A stretch of DNA of 63,277 bases, filler included, from Sphacelaria rigidula (lineage: Eukaryota), in NCBI GenBank assembly GCA_964200075.2. It is 10 parts of 10 records of this genome, joined end to end, with 100 filler letters (N's around TTAATTAATTAA, not from the genome) between each part and the next. Parts side by side here need not be neighbours in the genome. Positions count along the whole stretch, not along the records: positions 57,041 to 63,277 come from CAXNAA020021317.1; 9 more parts are not named here. One strand, 5' to 3'. Every line of letters begins with the position of its first letter. Positions within the stretch are counted from its first letter, which is position 1. The notes below the pieces were generated by a model, which searched no databases, had not been told where the DNA came from, and was given only the letters and a program-made list of their open reading frames with translations. The position numbers and the translations under genes were made by a program. Shown one piece after another: positions 62,338 to 63,277 of this stretch.

Positions 62338-63277
62338 CTCGAGAGACACAAGAAAGAGGCCGTTCCGTTAAGAGCCGATAATGGTAGAGCAGTCATGGCT
62401 GGCATGATATCCGCAGCATCAGCCCGCGAGTGATCCAAGAGAAAATGATGGACAAAGTGGCCCGGATTTCCCCCGATTGGGAGTGAGCGAGGAAGACGAG
62501 GGTTAGCACAGAAAAGGATTTGCTCCCGTCTTGTCCTATCGATTGTTGGCTGCTTGCTCTGCAATTTTTGCCATGTTCTGTAGCTGTGTTGCTGTACACT
62601 CTGCTTGTCTTCGTCTCTCAATTACTTCGCCGTTTCTTTCCCTTTTCGTTGTTGTCTGGTCTCTTCTCTCTCTCTTGCCTCTCCTCTCCCTTGTTTTCCC
62701 TTTCGCGTTTTGTCTAATCCCCTGTGATATCAGTGTTTGTGTTTCGCTCGTGGAGACTTCCTGGGTACGAGTTCCCGCCCAGATAGTGCGGTTTCTAAAA
62801 CAAATAGCCCAGTCGCAACGTGTTCCCACAGCCTTATTTGTTCGCTTTCGTTACTACACCATCTCCTTGCCTAAAACCAGACGAGGTTTTGTCTCGTTCT
62901 GCCTGGTCTTCTTGGTCCGCTCGTTTTCTCTTTCCTCATCTTGAGCTCAATCTGTTTGTTATATCTTCTTTTTTGTCCCCCTTTCCCCTTCCTCGAGTTT
63001 GCTCCACGGGTGTTTCCGTTCATTTTCCATGGTCATATCTATGTTGTGATCGCTGCTGGATTCGCAACGGATCAGTCAAAGTACGACAATCAGTCACGAG
63101 AGAAACCGCGCTAAGATTGACGCCACCGTTTGTGCATTTGTGGGGACACCCATTTTCGCCCGTGATCGAACCATCCACATAATGGTCGCATTCTACGTGA
63201 AAAGGAAGAATAAGGGCAACATTCACAGTCTTAGTCCACAGAAGAAGAAATATAATTGTCAGGTACAACATGAGGGG

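Noticed and set aside
50704..63277. Linked system of EsV-1-7 array, 63-bp array and reverse transcriptase (DGR/retron-like)
   Set aside because: The EsV-1-7 gene is on a different contig, the RT is an ordinary decayed APE-type LINE, and no template/variable repeat pair with adenine-specific differences is seen.

Overview
Eukaryotic, repeat-rich genomic DNA, almost certainly from a brown alga (Phaeophyceae). The evidence is a mannuronan C-5-epimerase exon and an EsV-1-7 repeat gene. The window is not one locus. It is ten contigs of 6237-6239 bp, sorted by length and joined by 100-bp N/TTAATTAATTAA spacers, so neighbourhood across spacers carries no meaning. Most sequence is transposon debris: MITEs (Tc1/mariner-, hAT-, PIF/Harbinger-type and an unclassified 4-bp-TSD family), tRNA-derived SINEs, decayed LINEs, a deleted Gypsy element and a mini-Helitron. 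Host-type coding sequence comprises a first exon of a mannuronan C-5-epimerase, a first exon of a GDA1/CD39 apyrase, two linked exons of an unknown gene and an intronless 18-repeat EsV-1-7 ORF. Four observations stand out: (i) hypervariable positions on a fixed Cys/His scaffold in the EsV-1-7 array; (ii) a decayed multi-exon gene, invisible to the ORF track, with five consecutive 60-67 nt phase-consistent introns; (iii) a high-copy dispersed family whose fixed terminus abuts poly-G/C tracts; (iv) a length-conserved 63-bp tandem array upstream of LINE-like sequence. All calls were made by eye, without database searches.
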